DNA of 64,000 nucleotides from Dehalococcoidia bacterium (GTDB lineage Bacteria; Chloroflexota; Dehalococcoidia; SM23-28-2; RBG-16-64-32): NCBI GenBank assembly GCA_963665775.2, contig CAXXTF010000001.1, positions 1 to 64,000 of the forward strand, read 5' to 3'. Shown piece by piece: positions 20,922 to 30,422 of this stretch (position 1 is its first letter; each line of letters starts with the position of its first letter). The notes under the pieces were generated by a model. It saw only the letters and a program-made list of their open reading frames with translations, ran no database searches and was not told where the DNA came from. The position numbers and the translations under genes were made by a program.

Positions 20922-22874
20922 CTATTTGTGACCGAAGCGACGGCTGATCCCCAAGAGGCCGCCGAGTCCCAGTAGTGCCATCCCCACAACCGGGACGAAT
21001 GGCTTGGAACTGGCGGACTGGGAGTCGAGATCAACCGTGAGCTCAGTGATGGCTACCGCGTCACCGATGTCTGGGCAAGGCTCCGTCTGACTCACAGATA
21101 GACCGGCGATGTGCAGCAGCGCCTTGAGGGAGTCCACTGAGTCGACGTCCCGGCCGCAGTCCAGGTCTCCGAACACTATGGTGAGTTCGCTGCCGATGTC
21201 GGGACAGGGTTCCGTCTGGCTAACCGTTAAGCCTGCGACAAAGCGGAGTTCCTTCAGCGAGTCTACCGAATCGACGTCACCGTCGCAGTCTACGTCTCCA
21301 AGAACATTCGCGGCTGCGACTCTTAGAACCTTCTCGCCGGCCTGGTGTTCGAACTTGAGAGGGGCAGCGACGAGAATGGAGCCGAATCCCACGATCGTGG
21401 CATCTTCCTCGTTAGTTTCGCCCGGATTAATGCGGATGATGTCGCCCTCGCTGAAGCCGGCCGCGCTAAGGACTTGGATCTTATCCATTCCACTGTTTGC
21501 ATGCTCGGTTAAGGCCGTAGACTGAACCGGAGTAGATGTTGGCGAAGGCGTCGGGCTAGAGCTGGGTTCAGGGCTTGGAGTTGCTGCCGGCGATGATGTG
21601 GGGCTAGCGTTGGGATCGGGAGTCGGTGTCGGCGCCGGCGATAATGTCGGGCTAGCGTTAGGGTCAGGGGTTGGCGCGGGTGCCGGCGACGATGTGGGAC
21701 TAGCGTTGGGATCGGGAGTCGGTGTCGATGCCGGCGATGAAGTGGGACTAGCGTTGGGATCAGGGCTTGGTGTAGGTGCCGGCGACGATATGGGGCTAGC
21801 GCTGGGGTCAGGGCTTGGTGTGGCTGCAGGTGACGGTGTCGGGCTAGCGCTGGGATCGGGAGTGGGCGTGGGGTCAGGCGGGGGCGTAGGAGTTGAGCTT
21901 GGGGACGGCGTGGGTGTTGGTATGGGAGGCGGTGTTGGTGTTGGTGTTGGTGTCGGTGTCGGTGTCGGAGCCGGTGTGGGAGCCGGCGTTGGAATGCTCA
22001 CCCCCGGGACCGAATACCGTCCCATAAAGGACAATCCGAGGTTGGTCGCGCTGATCTCGTGAGTCGTCACACCAAAGCCTGGTAAATCAATGATGGCGTC
22101 TGGCCACGTGTGTCCGCCGCCGTCGACAATGTAAAACTCCACCGCTACGCCTTCGTCGCAACCGCCGTACTGCCGACGGCGAACGTTCTCTGATACTTGC
22201 GTTTCGGTTGGGCTACCGCAGCCGTTTCTTGCTGCCCAGCTCTGGACGGCCGATTGTGCAGTTGAGAACGGGACTATTGCGTCGGCGGTTCCATGAAAGG
22301 CGATCAAGGGAAGAGGGCGAGAGGGAGAGCAGTTAGAGACTCCTGCTACGGCCGCCACTGCCGCGATGCGGTCTGAGAGACCGCAACCGAGCGAAGATGC
22401 CATCATACCTCCCATTGACATGCCTGTGGCGTAGACACGCGCAGGGTTGATGCAGAGCTCGGACTCCAGTTGGCTTAAGAGGCCAGCGAAGAAGCCGACG
22501 TCTCCGCTCAGGTTCCATGCGCCTCCCTGGGCCTCCGGGGCAACGACGATGAAGCCAGAGGGTGACATAGAGGTTAGGAGCATCTGCTGGCTCGGGCTCG
22601 AGCCCAGGCCGTGCAGGTTAAACACTAGGGGCACGGCATCTGAGCCGGTGTAGGACGATGGGACGTATAGGATGTAATCCCGAGAGTTGTACTGCTCTGT
22701 ACTGGAGCCGGAGCTGTGTGGACGCGCCGGTGCGCAGTCTGCGGCGGCGGCGATCGCTGGCTTTACATTGAGGAAACCAAGGGACATCAAGGTCGCGGCG
22801 ATAGCCAGGAAGATCAACCCGCCAACCGGGACGAACCATTGACTTCTGCGAATTCCCTGTTCGGTTTTCACCAC
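20922..22874 (-). CDS. Secreted esterase (LpqC/PHB-depolymerase-like) + Pro/Thr linker + dockerin-like pair + C-terminal TM anchor
   Basis: GMSMGG nucleophile elbow, HGTAD, GGHTWP; PT repeats; [13 protein letters not shown] x2; hydrophobic tail followed by SRRFGHK. Confidence 0.85.
   Translation of the reverse strand: MVKTEQGIRRSQWFVPVGGLIFLAIAATLMSLGFLNVKPAIAAAADCAPARPHSSGSSTEQYNSRDYILYVPSSYTGSDAVPLVFNLHGLGSSPSQQMLLTSMSPSGFIVVAPEAQGGAWNLSGDVGFFAGLLSQLESELCINPARVYATGMSMGGMMASSLGCGLSDRIAAVAAVAGVSNCSPSRPLPLIAFHGTADAIVPFSTAQSAVQSWAARNGCGSPTETQVSENVRRRQYGGCDEGVAVEFYIVDGGGHTWPDAIIDLPGFGVTTHEISATNLGLSFMGRYSVPGVSIPTPAPTPAPTPTPTPTPTPTPPPIPTPTPSPSSTPTPPPDPTPTPDPSASPTPSPAATPSPDPSASPISSPAPTPSPDPNASPTSSPASTPTPDPNASPTSSPAPAPTPDPNASPTLSPAPTPTPDPNASPTSSPAATPSPEPSSSPTPSPTSTPVQSTALTEHANSGMDKIQVLSAAGFSEGDIIRINPGETNEEDATIVGFGSILVAAPLKFEHQAGEKVLRVAAANVLGDVDCDGDVDSVDSLKELRFVAGLTVSQTEPCPDIGSELTIVFGDLDCGRDVDSVDSLKALLHIAGLSVSQTEPCPDIGDAVAITELTVDLDSQSASSKPFVPVVGMALLGLGGLLGISRRFGHK
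21530..21990 (-). repeat. Pro/Thr linker with a 48-bp (16-aa) tandem repeat, ~7 copies
   Basis: [16 protein letters not shown] units preceded by (PT)n. Confidence 0.9.
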
Positions 22875-23090
22875 GAGCTCCTAGTCTCACCCGCAAGGTC
22901 ACTGTCGATCGCTGCTCATAGGTGAGACGGCGCGATAATCGTGGCGTTACAGCTGATTCGGGCCGCTAACCAAACCTTACCCTTCAGCGGTGCCCGCCGC
23001 CGATTCGCATGGCGAAAACTTGGCAATTGAGTGGCTGCACACTGGCCCCGGGCCTAAATCGCACTTGTAGGCGAAATTGTTTCGCAGTTT

Positions 23091-23699
23091 TTAGTTTTCT
23101 GGCATTCCCTGTATGTCTAGTCTCGCCAATGGGGCCTGCTGGCCTTGGCGGCGGGCTTGCATCGCTTCCAGTTCATGCAGGGTTCGCTCGAAGCGACGGC
23201 TCAGGTGCGCCTCATAGCGGGTCACCAGGTCCAAGTCTAGCCTTGAGGGTAGCAACCGCTCGCGGCGCATTCGATCGCGGAGCGTATCGTCGTCTGGGCT
23301 TTGGGCGGGAAGCTTTCCGCTGATGGCCGATTCTCTTCCTAGAGTCATCCCAAATTTCGATCGTCGTTCGAGATCGCCTAAGTGCTCCGCGATCTTCAGC
23401 TGGTTTTCGGCGAGGTCCTCATCGATTTGTTCTTGCCCCAGTGAGATGCACTCTGTTTCATGCCTGAGAACCCGCCGCCTTCGCCATAAAAGGTTGGCGA
23501 TGTCTTCGACTAGTACTGTCTCGAGATGACCCACGGGTTCCAGACTAGAGAGTATCCCGCTAAGATGTGCTTTCCAGTCACTTTCGCTCTCGAGACCGAC
23601 TATCACTGGTGCCGGGGAGGTCAATCCGTGCTTTACTGCGTTCTGCCTGACTGCGGCTTTCCCCGACTCCGTTTTTGGTCCTGCCTTCGCCATACCCAA
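23091..23699 (-). CDS. Hypothetical MGE-associated protein (GPKT..GK..NA.KHGL N-terminal motif)
   Basis: AGPKTESGKAAVRQNAVKHGL...RYEAHLSRRFERTLHELEAMQ; GGAGG RBS. Confidence 0.75.
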   Translation of the reverse strand: MGMAKAGPKTESGKAAVRQNAVKHGLTSPAPVIVGLESESDWKAHLSGILSSLEPVGHLETVLVEDIANLLWRRRRVLRHETECISLGQEQIDEDLAENQLKIAEHLGDLERRSKFGMTLGRESAISGKLPAQSPDDDTLRDRMRRERLLPSRLDLDLVTRYEAHLSRRFERTLHELEAMQARRQGQQAPLARLDIQGMPEN

Positions 23700-23954
23700 T
23701 TACCTCCGAGTATCCGTCTGACGTGTCGCCACGCGTCGAACGGTACGCGTACACACGGTCCATTTGAGAGCAGCATAGCACATTAGTGCTGGTTACACCA
23801 ATGATGGCAGCCTTCGACGGCTCTTACTGTTAGGGTCAAGGTGCTCAGCGGATTAGCAACCGGCTCTGCTAAATTATGAATGGGCGGGCGAGATCCACGA
23901 GAAATGTCGCTATACGTAGGCACCTGCGGGGCCACACTCTGCACGTCAATCAAG

Positions 23955-24371
23955 TCAGGGGCCCGGCTGGGCAGCTAACACGCGCCTTAACTCGGATACC
24001 TGTGTCACTTGACTTTCGTGGGGAGCGACTCCATCCAAAGACAAGCGGAGGAATGCGGCGATGCGATGCTTGCACAGGTGCCCTCTGCCGTGCCGCACGT
24101 AGTCGGAGCACTCGCACGCATCATCGCGCACCCTGTAGAAGCGCAGCCCGTCCTCGGAGCCTACGCGCCATTCGTCGCTCCCCACTTGCTCGATAGGGCG
24201 GAGGAGCAAAAGGAAGGCCGCCTTCTCCAGCCGGCTGGTGAGATGAGGCCTGGCCCTGGACGCATGCTTAACAAGGAGCCTGAGTTCTTCGATGGTCCCT
24301 ATCACCTGATGGTATCCTTCTTCGTAGTACCGTCTGGCACGCTGCCGTCGCGACCGTCGACCTGCCGCCAT
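23955..24371 (-). CDS. SWIM zinc-finger protein
   Basis: CECSD...HLCKH (CxC...CxH). Confidence 0.75.
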   Translation of the reverse strand: MAAGRRSRRQRARRYYEEGYHQVIGTIEELRLLVKHASRARPHLTSRLEKAAFLLLLRPIEQVGSDEWRVGSEDGLRFYRVRDDACECSDYVRHGRGHLCKHRIAAFLRLSLDGVAPHESQVTQVSELRRVLAAQPGP

Positions 24372-24946
24372 TCGCTAAGGGCCCGGCCATAGGCCCGGAG
24401 GACACCGATCGCCAGAGCTCTCGGCCTCGGCTCTTGGGCGCGCTCCAGGATGACTGTTCCGTGGTCGTCGCGGGCCCATGCTGACCGCCAGCGAGACTCT
24501 CGGGCCCGCCCCGTGACCTTTCGCTGACCATCATCGATGTGTGCTACGACCTCGAAGTCGGCGTTGGTCTTAATGATGCAGACGGACCGTCGGGCTAGCG
24601 GCGGGCGTACGCCGGCCAGGCTGTCGGGGGCCCGCGACTCGTGCTGGCTTGAGGCTGCCCCGTTTCGTCTGACCTCCATCTCCTCGCGGTAGGCCTTCTC
24701 GGCGCTCTGGCGGTAGCGGCCCCTGGCTACAAGCCCCATCTCCAGGAGTGAGGCCAGGCAGTTCTGACCCACGAAGTAGTGGTGGCCTTCCGTCGAGTCC
24801 TTCAGACCGAAAAGCGTGCTGGGGAGAGTTGAGCCGCAGGCGTCGCAGCTGCCGTCCTCGGGATCGCGTACGGCCTTAGCCAGGCGTCCCAGCCGCTTCC
24901 CCTCAGCAAAGGCGCGCAGCCGGTTGTCGTATGTTTCAGTAGTCAT
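24302..24946 (-). CDS. Hypothetical Zn-ribbon protein
   Basis: Start MTTETY after an AGGAGG RBS; CDACG...GQNC. Confidence 0.7.
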   Translation of the reverse strand: MTTETYDNRLRAFAEGKRLGRLAKAVRDPEDGSCDACGSTLPSTLFGLKDSTEGHHYFVGQNCLASLLEMGLVARGRYRQSAEKAYREEMEVRRNGAASSQHESRAPDSLAGVRPPLARRSVCIIKTNADFEVVAHIDDGQRKVTGRARESRWRSAWARDDHGTVILERAQEPRPRALAIGVLRAYGRALSEWRQVDGRDGSVPDGTTKKDTIR

Positions 24947-24948
24947 GA

Positions 24949-25815
24949 TCAGGCCTCCTGGACAGATGGAGTGGGCAGGTCGCAGCCGGGGCAGTCTCCG
25001 GGCCGGACCACACGACGCAGCTTGGTGCAGTAGACCCGCAGCCACTGGCAGCGCTGCGTGTCGCTGCCGGGAGCGCTCGGGTCGTCCTGTTTCGCCCCGG
25101 CTATGCTGATCTCGTCACGAAAGTCCGAGATGGAGTAGCCCTGGTACTGTGCCTTGCGGTCCTCGGCATATGCCAGCCATAAGTGGGCGGCTTCGATCTC
25201 GCTGGCCACGACGTACCAGGTGACCTCCTGGAGGGTTGAATTTTGCATTTGATTGCAAAATTGGCCATCGGGCCCCATGAAGAAGACCTCCCAGACACGG
25301 GCCAGGTTGTAGGCCTGACGCCAGCCGATGCCGAAGGCGCGACCCATCGCCTCCCAGGCCCGGTCTCCGTAGACGCTGCGGCGCTTCGCCTCCCAGAGGA
25401 CGGCGGACTGGCCCTTCCAGGCGTGCTGGTCCAGCGTGCTGAGGTGGCTGAAGAGGTCGACGAGCTGGTCGTCGGTGAGATAAGGTATGCCTTGAACCAA
25501 GCCCTCAAGCTGAGCCTCGAGGAGGTTGAGCTCTTGGAAGTATTGGGAGGGATTGAACTCCGGATCCCTCAGGCGCCGCGCCACGACATCTCCCGTGGAC
25601 ACATCGGTGATCATGAGTTCAGTGTCGCTCCGACCCAGCCGCCAACGCTACTCGGTGATCTGGGTGTGGCAGGTGCGGCAGAGGACGGCTTTATTCGAAG
25701 CGGCCTCGATCTCGGGACGGCGGGAGCCTCCCATCCGGCGAGGCTCGACGTGGTGAACCTCCAGGTTCTTGGAGGAGCTACAGATCTCACAGTGGGAATC
25801 GCTACTAACAAACAT
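24949..25815 (-). pseudogene. HNH endonuclease fused to a helical/HTH-like domain, interrupted by an in-frame TAG at 25648..25650
   Basis: CEIC...EVHHVEP...N...LCRTCH HNH motif; the frame continues RWRLGRSDTEL directly into ORF 24949..25614. Confidence 0.75.
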
Positions 25816-25869
25816 CAACCTGTCGGCCCAGGGCGCCGCCACCCTCAGAAAGCACGTTTTTATATATAT

Positions 25870-25898
25870 AGTATAGACGCTACGTCTAGGCGTGTCAA
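25870..25898 (-). promoter_or_regulatory. Near-consensus sigma70 promoter with an operator palindrome in the spacer
   Basis: TTGACA-N17-TATACT; TAGACG-CTA-CGTCTA at 25874..25888. Confidence 0.8.
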
Positions 25899-25924
25899 CT
25901 CGAATGCCGTAAGTTCTAGTAAGA

Positions 25925-26191
25925 ATGATTGCGGATAATAGTTCCGGCGCGGAGGGTCTATCCGGACGACTTCGGGACATTCGCCGCCGGTTCAATGTGA
26001 CCCAAGAGGACATTGCCGTCCGGCTCGGTGTTAGGGCCATCACCGTAAGTCGATGGGAGCGAGGGGTGCAACGGGTGTCTAAAGCGCTTCTCCTCAGCGC
26101 TGCGCTCGATCGCCTGGAGTGTGAACTAACAGAAGAGCGCCGCCAGCGAGGCCCCGGGCGGCCGCCGAAGAGGCCACGAAGAAGAAACTAA
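25925..26191 (+). CDS. XRE-family HTH transcriptional regulator
   Basis: LRDIRRRFNVTQEDIAVRLGVRAITVSRWERG; AT-hook-like GPGRPPKRPR tail. Confidence 0.9.
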   Translation: MIADNSSGAEGLSGRLRDIRRRFNVTQEDIAVRLGVRAITVSRWERGVQRVSKALLLSAALDRLECELTEERRQRGPGRPPKRPRRRN

Positions 26192-26310
26192 GGGCGGGAG
26201 TCATTAGCGGCTACCCAGTCAGAGTTCCGTAGTGTCCAGTTCGTCGCGGAGGCGTACGCTCTGTAGCGGGGAGCGGTGCCGCGCAAGATCTTGCTCGGGC
26301 TCCCTAACTC

Positions 26311-26797
26311 CTAACAGCTGAACTTTTCGGTCGTAATTTCCGGAACCGGCTGGAGATCCGAACTGGCTAATCGAATGATATGGACGGGATGAGTGATCAC
26401 CGCGGGCGTGATGCAATCGGGTCCCGGCTCCTTACGGGTGGCGAACACGGTAAGGCCGTCGTCTATCTGGAGTACGTCCGTGATCTCAAGGGCGTAGCCG
26501 CCGTTCGGCTGGAATCTATCTACAATGGCCACGATCATATCCTGGTCAAAATCGACCGGCGGTAGCGGTGGCACCGGCATCACGTTGCTCGTGTGCCGAA
26601 CCCAGAACTCCTGCCACTGCTCCTGGCTCTCGATCTTGAACAATTTGGGAGCATCCAACTCGACACCGCTGTGCCGGTCACTAGCAACCGTCTGGAATGT
26701 CAGTCTCGGATCCTCCCAAATGATTTTCTCATCTGTTCGTTCCTCGAAGAAATCCGGCGCTCGTCCATCTCCCGCGCCTGTAATACCGCCGTCCGGG
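26311..26797 (-). pseudogene. 3' part of a PrcB-C-terminal-like protein truncated by IS copy 2
   Basis: PPVDFDQDMIVA...PNGGYALEI...PGPDCITPAVITHPVHII; the frame stays open up to the IS junction at 26797. Confidence 0.75.
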
Positions 26798-26874
26798 TGA
26801 CCTTGCCCCCGAAAACGAGTCCAGGCCCAATGTTAGTAATCAGGGGTTCTGGACCAGAGAAAGGGGCAGAAGGC

Positions 26875-27153
26875 TTGGGCAGGCAGCGTCACACGGCAGA
26901 GGAGATCATCAACAAGTTGAGGGAGGCGGAGGTCGGGCTGGCTAAGGGCCTGGCTGTGCCCGAGGTCTGCAGGAAGCTGGGCGTGGCAGAGCAGACCTAC
27001 TACCGCTGGCGGAAGGAGTATGGCGGCCTGAGGAGGGAGCAGGCCAAGCGGCTGCGGGAGCTGGAGCAGGAGAACCTGCGGCTGAAGAAGCTGGTAGCAA
27101 ACCTCTCCCTGGACAACGCCATCCTTAAGGAGGCGGTGCAGGGAGACTTCTGA
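26875..27153 (+). CDS. IS3-family transposase OrfA
   Basis: Same protein as 538..816. Confidence 0.93.
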   Translation: MGRQRHTAEEIINKLREAEVGLAKGLAVPEVCRKLGVAEQTYYRWRKEYGGLRREQAKRLRELEQENLRLKKLVANLSLDNAILKEAVQGDF

Positions 27154-27176
27154 GCCCGGCCAAGAGACGGCAGGCG

Positions 27177-28040
27177 GTGGCCTGGGTGCGGAATGCGTTG
27201 GGCCACGCGGTCATCTCGGAGCGCCGGGCCTGCCAGGTTCTGGGGCAGGAGCGATCGACGCAGCGGCGGTGGGGTTCTCCTCCCGACGATGAAGGGAGGC
27301 TGCTGAGGCGGATGGTGGAGCTAGCGACCGAGTACGGGCGCTACGGTTACCGACGGGTCACCGCCTTGCTGCGAGAGGAGGATTTTCAGGTGAACCACAA
27401 GCGGGTAGAGCGACTCTGGCGGCGGGAAGGGCTGAAGGTGCCGGCGAAGCAGCCGAAGCGGAGGCGGCTATGGCTGACCGATGGCTCCTGCGTTAGGCTC
27501 AGGCCGACTGAGCCCAACCACGTCTGGAGCTACGACTTCGTGTTTACCCGCACCAGCGACGGCCGTCCCCTGCGGCTCTTGACGGTGCTGGACGAGTTCA
27601 CAAGGGAGTGCCTGGCTATCCAGGTGGCGAGGCAGATCACCAGTGATGACGTGCTGGCAGAGCTGGCCCAGCTCTTCGTCGAGCGCGGGACGCCTCGCTA
27701 CCTGCGCTCGGACAACGGGCCAGAGTTCACGGCACGTGCGCTCCGGACCTGGCTAGAGCGGGTAGGCGTGCAGACTCTGTATATCGAACCCGGGAGCCCC
27801 TGGGAGAACGGCTACATCGAGTCGTTCAATGGGAAGCTACGTGATGAACTATTGAATGGGGAGGTGTTCGACACGGTGCTGGAAGCACAGGTCCTCTGCG
27901 AGCGGTGGCGACGGAACTACAATGAGGTGCGCCCGCACAGCGCTCTCGGCTACCGGCCGCCAGCACCGCAAGCGATCGTGCCATGGCCGGGCTCCACCGC
28001 GGCATCCCTGGAGACTACGGCGATGGCCACACTAACATAG
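27177..28040 (+). CDS. IS3-family transposase OrfB (DDE/rve)
   Basis: WSYDF, SDNGPEF, PWENGYIESFNGKLRDE, RPHSALGY. Confidence 0.95.
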   Translation: MAWVRNALGHAVISERRACQVLGQERSTQRRWGSPPDDEGRLLRRMVELATEYGRYGYRRVTALLREEDFQVNHKRVERLWRREGLKVPAKQPKRRRLWLTDGSCVRLRPTEPNHVWSYDFVFTRTSDGRPLRLLTVLDEFTRECLAIQVARQITSDDVLAELAQLFVERGTPRYLRSDNGPEFTARALRTWLERVGVQTLYIEPGSPWENGYIESFNGKLRDELLNGEVFDTVLEAQVLCERWRRNYNEVRPHSALGYRPPAPQAIVPWPGSTAASLETTAMATLT

Positions 28041-28069
28041 CCTGTGGTAGCGTTTATGGGGGCAGGTCA

Positions 28070-28634
28070 CGGCCTCGATATCGGCGGCGGCGCTGACCTG
28101 AATTCCCAACTGCCTGATCTGAGGCGCAGCCGCCTCCATTGCCCCCCTAGCGCCCTCCACATCGCCGCTTTCCACGAGGCCGATTACCTGCTCTGCGGTC
28201 TCGGCAAACAACGTCAGGGCGACCGTGATTTCGTTTAGTGTAGCTATCTCGTCCTCATCGCCCCGTGCCTCCTTCTGGGCGACGGCCTCCGCCAGGGAGT
28301 CTATGGACGTGGCCGTGGATGACTGGATAGCCGGAACTATCCCGTCGTTCCCAGTGACGACATAGCGCTCGAGGAGGAGGTCCGCCAGCGTAACCTGGAA
28401 CCTGGCGTCCTGTAGGAGGTCTGCGATAGCGGCGTGCTCGCCGGTCTCGCTCATGGCTACTTGGTACTCCCGCACCCACCAGGCGGAGCCGCCCGCACCA
28501 GCGGCGATGATGATGATCAGCAGGCCGAAGCCGATGATGATCCGTCCCCTTACCGAGGAGAGAAGGGCGAGGGTGGGCCACATTCTGGGTATCGATCTCG
28601 CGTTTCGCATTAGCGGACGTTCCAGGCTGCTCAT
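28070..28634 (-). pseudogene. 5' part (TM + four-helix-bundle sensor) of the GGDEF-EAL gene whose 3' part is at 895..2880
   Basis: SVRGRIIIGFGLLIIII TM helix and helical extracellular domain; ends ...AADIEA at the IS; joins in frame with EEVAEL across GCCG. Confidence 0.9.
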
Positions 28635-28659
28635 GGCGGAAGAGATTTATGATCCAGGG

Positions 28660-29721
28660 TTAACGGAATTTCTTCCTGGCCACACGGAAGGTGATGAGGG
28701 CAAGGGCTGCCAGGACGAGTGCAACTAGGGGCGCTCCGTAGGGAGCATACTGGTCGAGGCCAGACCCACCATCTTCCGTTGATGCCGGGACTATTTCGGT
28801 GATCGGGGGCGGCGAAAGGACAGTGTCGATGGGATCGCCCTCTGGCTGTCCGTCCTTCACGGTTAGTTCGATCCCTTCTAAGAGAGCGGCAGCTCCGGCA
28901 TATTCGAGAACCGCGGTAAGCAGATAATCACCGTCCGCCAAGTGGATCGGATCGGTGATCTGGAAGGTTGTCGCGTCCCCCGGCAACACCGTGTCCATGG
29001 AAAACGGGATTGAGGCCAGAGCCAGACCAAAGGCATCCGTGATCCGCAAGGAGCCTTCGGCCCTCACCAATTGGTTGCCTGTGTTGCGCACGGCGATAAC
29101 GAAGGTCGCCCCCTGATCGTCCTGTTGCCTTAGCCCAGCACCCGTGATCTCCAGCCTGGAGCCCTGCGTAAGTCCGGGGACAGCAGCTCCTGGCACTTCA
29201 ATGACGACCGCCACGCCTACCTGTCGAATGACAGAGACGGAGAACTGTCCGCCGTCCCCTGGAGTAGGTGGAGCTTCGACCACGAGTCCCGCCACATGAT
29301 GGCCGGGCGACGCGCCGTCCGGTACGTGTATCGTGAACGGCACGACCCGCTGTTCACCGGGCTCCAGGGCGATCTCGGCCACAGGAAGGGACAGCCAGCC
29401 ACCGACGCCACGGCTTCCGCCGGGCGACTCCTGGCCCTGTTGGGCGAAGGCGGTGCCCCCGTTGATGGCGGTGATCCCGTCGGCGGCATACAGCTTCAGG
29501 GTAACCGGCACCTCGCCGCTGTTCATCACCAGCGCCTCATCGGAGAGGACGGCGCCGGGCTTTAGGGAATATGAAAAGTAGGAGAAGGTTTCTGGTCTGT
29601 CCGGTGAAGCCTGGGTGGGCCTGATGCCAAAGGAGACGTCACCATCGGCCTGGGCAATCCCTAACCCTGCAATCATGGCGAGGCCCAGCCCTACCAACGC
29701 TGTAATAAGAGTTTTCCTCAC
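28660..29721 (-). CDS. DUF916-like (WxL-interacting) cell-surface protein with a C-terminal TM anchor
   Basis: Signal peptide; YFSYSLKPG...LYAADG...VPFTIHVP..ASPGHHVAGL; second Ig-like domain (RNTGN); TM followed by RKKFR. Confidence 0.8.
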   Translation of the reverse strand: MRKTLITALVGLGLAMIAGLGIAQADGDVSFGIRPTQASPDRPETFSYFSYSLKPGAVLSDEALVMNSGEVPVTLKLYAADGITAINGGTAFAQQGQESPGGSRGVGGWLSLPVAEIALEPGEQRVVPFTIHVPDGASPGHHVAGLVVEAPPTPGDGGQFSVSVIRQVGVAVVIEVPGAAVPGLTQGSRLEITGAGLRQQDDQGATFVIAVRNTGNQLVRAEGSLRITDAFGLALASIPFSMDTVLPGDATTFQITDPIHLADGDYLLTAVLEYAGAAALLEGIELTVKDGQPEGDPIDTVLSPPPITEIVPASTEDGGSGLDQYAPYGAPLVALVLAALALITFRVARKKFR

Positions 29722-29794
29722 TGTAGGCCTCCTTTGTCAGCGACCATCTCTTGGCACCAGGGATTGAAAAGTAGACACATAGCTGTTTGCTCCG

Positions 29795-30313
29795 TCATGG
29801 CCCGGCGCTGATTGCGACCGTCGCGGTGGCTGTGTAGCTGCCGGTGTAGGTTTCCGCCGGCACTGTCAGCCGGAAGTCGGGCGTCAGATCGTAAATGCCG
29901 TCGCCCTCGCCGGAGGCAGCCGAGGCTATCTTGAGCGCCGACCCGCTAAGGGAGGCGAACGCGGTCTGGGTGGATGTAGGTATGTTGATGTTGTCGTTGC
30001 CGGAAACATACGCGATGTTGGCGTCCAACAGGCGGATCTCGAAGTTGGCCACGGCGATCGTCTTGCCAGCGCCGTTATCGAAATCAGTGGAGGCAACTGT
30101 GACCTTGCAGCCGAGGCTCTCCCCGGTGGCGTCGGCCTGCCAGGCGGCGCTGGTGTTGTCGTTCGCTGTCTGGTCGGTGCCGTCCAGCGTGACGCCTGGA
30201 AAGGTAATAGAGGCGGTGCTGATGGTCAAAGCGCTAGCCTCAAACACTAGCCCACCGGCCATCATCATTACGATGGCCAGGGCAAGCCAGGCGCTTAGGA
30301 TCCTCTTCAGCAT
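29795..30313 (-). CDS. WxL-like secreted protein 2
   Basis: Signal peptide; paralogue of 30423..30992; C-terminus LTVPAETYTGSYTATATVAISAGP; alternative start at 30325. Confidence 0.75.
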   Translation of the reverse strand: MLKRILSAWLALAIVMMMAGGLVFEASALTISTASITFPGVTLDGTDQTANDNTSAAWQADATGESLGCKVTVASTDFDNGAGKTIAVANFEIRLLDANIAYVSGNDNINIPTSTQTAFASLSGSALKIASAASGEGDGIYDLTPDFRLTVPAETYTGSYTATATVAISAGP

Positions 30314-30369
30314 TCGTCCCTCCATACTTTCCTTATGTTGCTCAACTGGTGGCCAGATTTCCGGCTAGG

Positions 30370-30413
30370 CCGTGGGCGCCCCGGCGGCCAACGCACCCCG
30401 GGAGGGCCCACGG
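30370..30413. other. Intergenic GC-rich hairpin between the two WxL-like genes
   Basis: CCGTGGGC...GCCCACGG inverted repeat without a U-tract. Confidence 0.5.
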
Positions 30414-30422
30414 ATGATATGC

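Larger units (their letters stand above)
26798..28069 (+). mobile_element. IS3-family insertion sequence, copy 2 (1272 bp)
   Basis: Ends TGACCTTGCCCCCG...GGGGGCAGGTCA (TG...CA); orfA/orfB; flanks CGGG and CGGC do not form a matching target duplication. Confidence 0.96.

Noticed and set aside
18020-21990. Regularly spaced repeats as a possible CRISPR array
   Set aside because: They are in-frame coding repeats (dockerin units and the PT linker) with synonymous variation; no unique spacers and no cas genes
21598-22062. Gly/Val-rich elastin-like ORF
   Set aside because: Reverse complement of the Pro/Thr linker
26593-26874. N-terminal extension of transposase OrfA (186-aa ORF)
   Set aside because: Chance open frame across the IS junction; absent from the other copies
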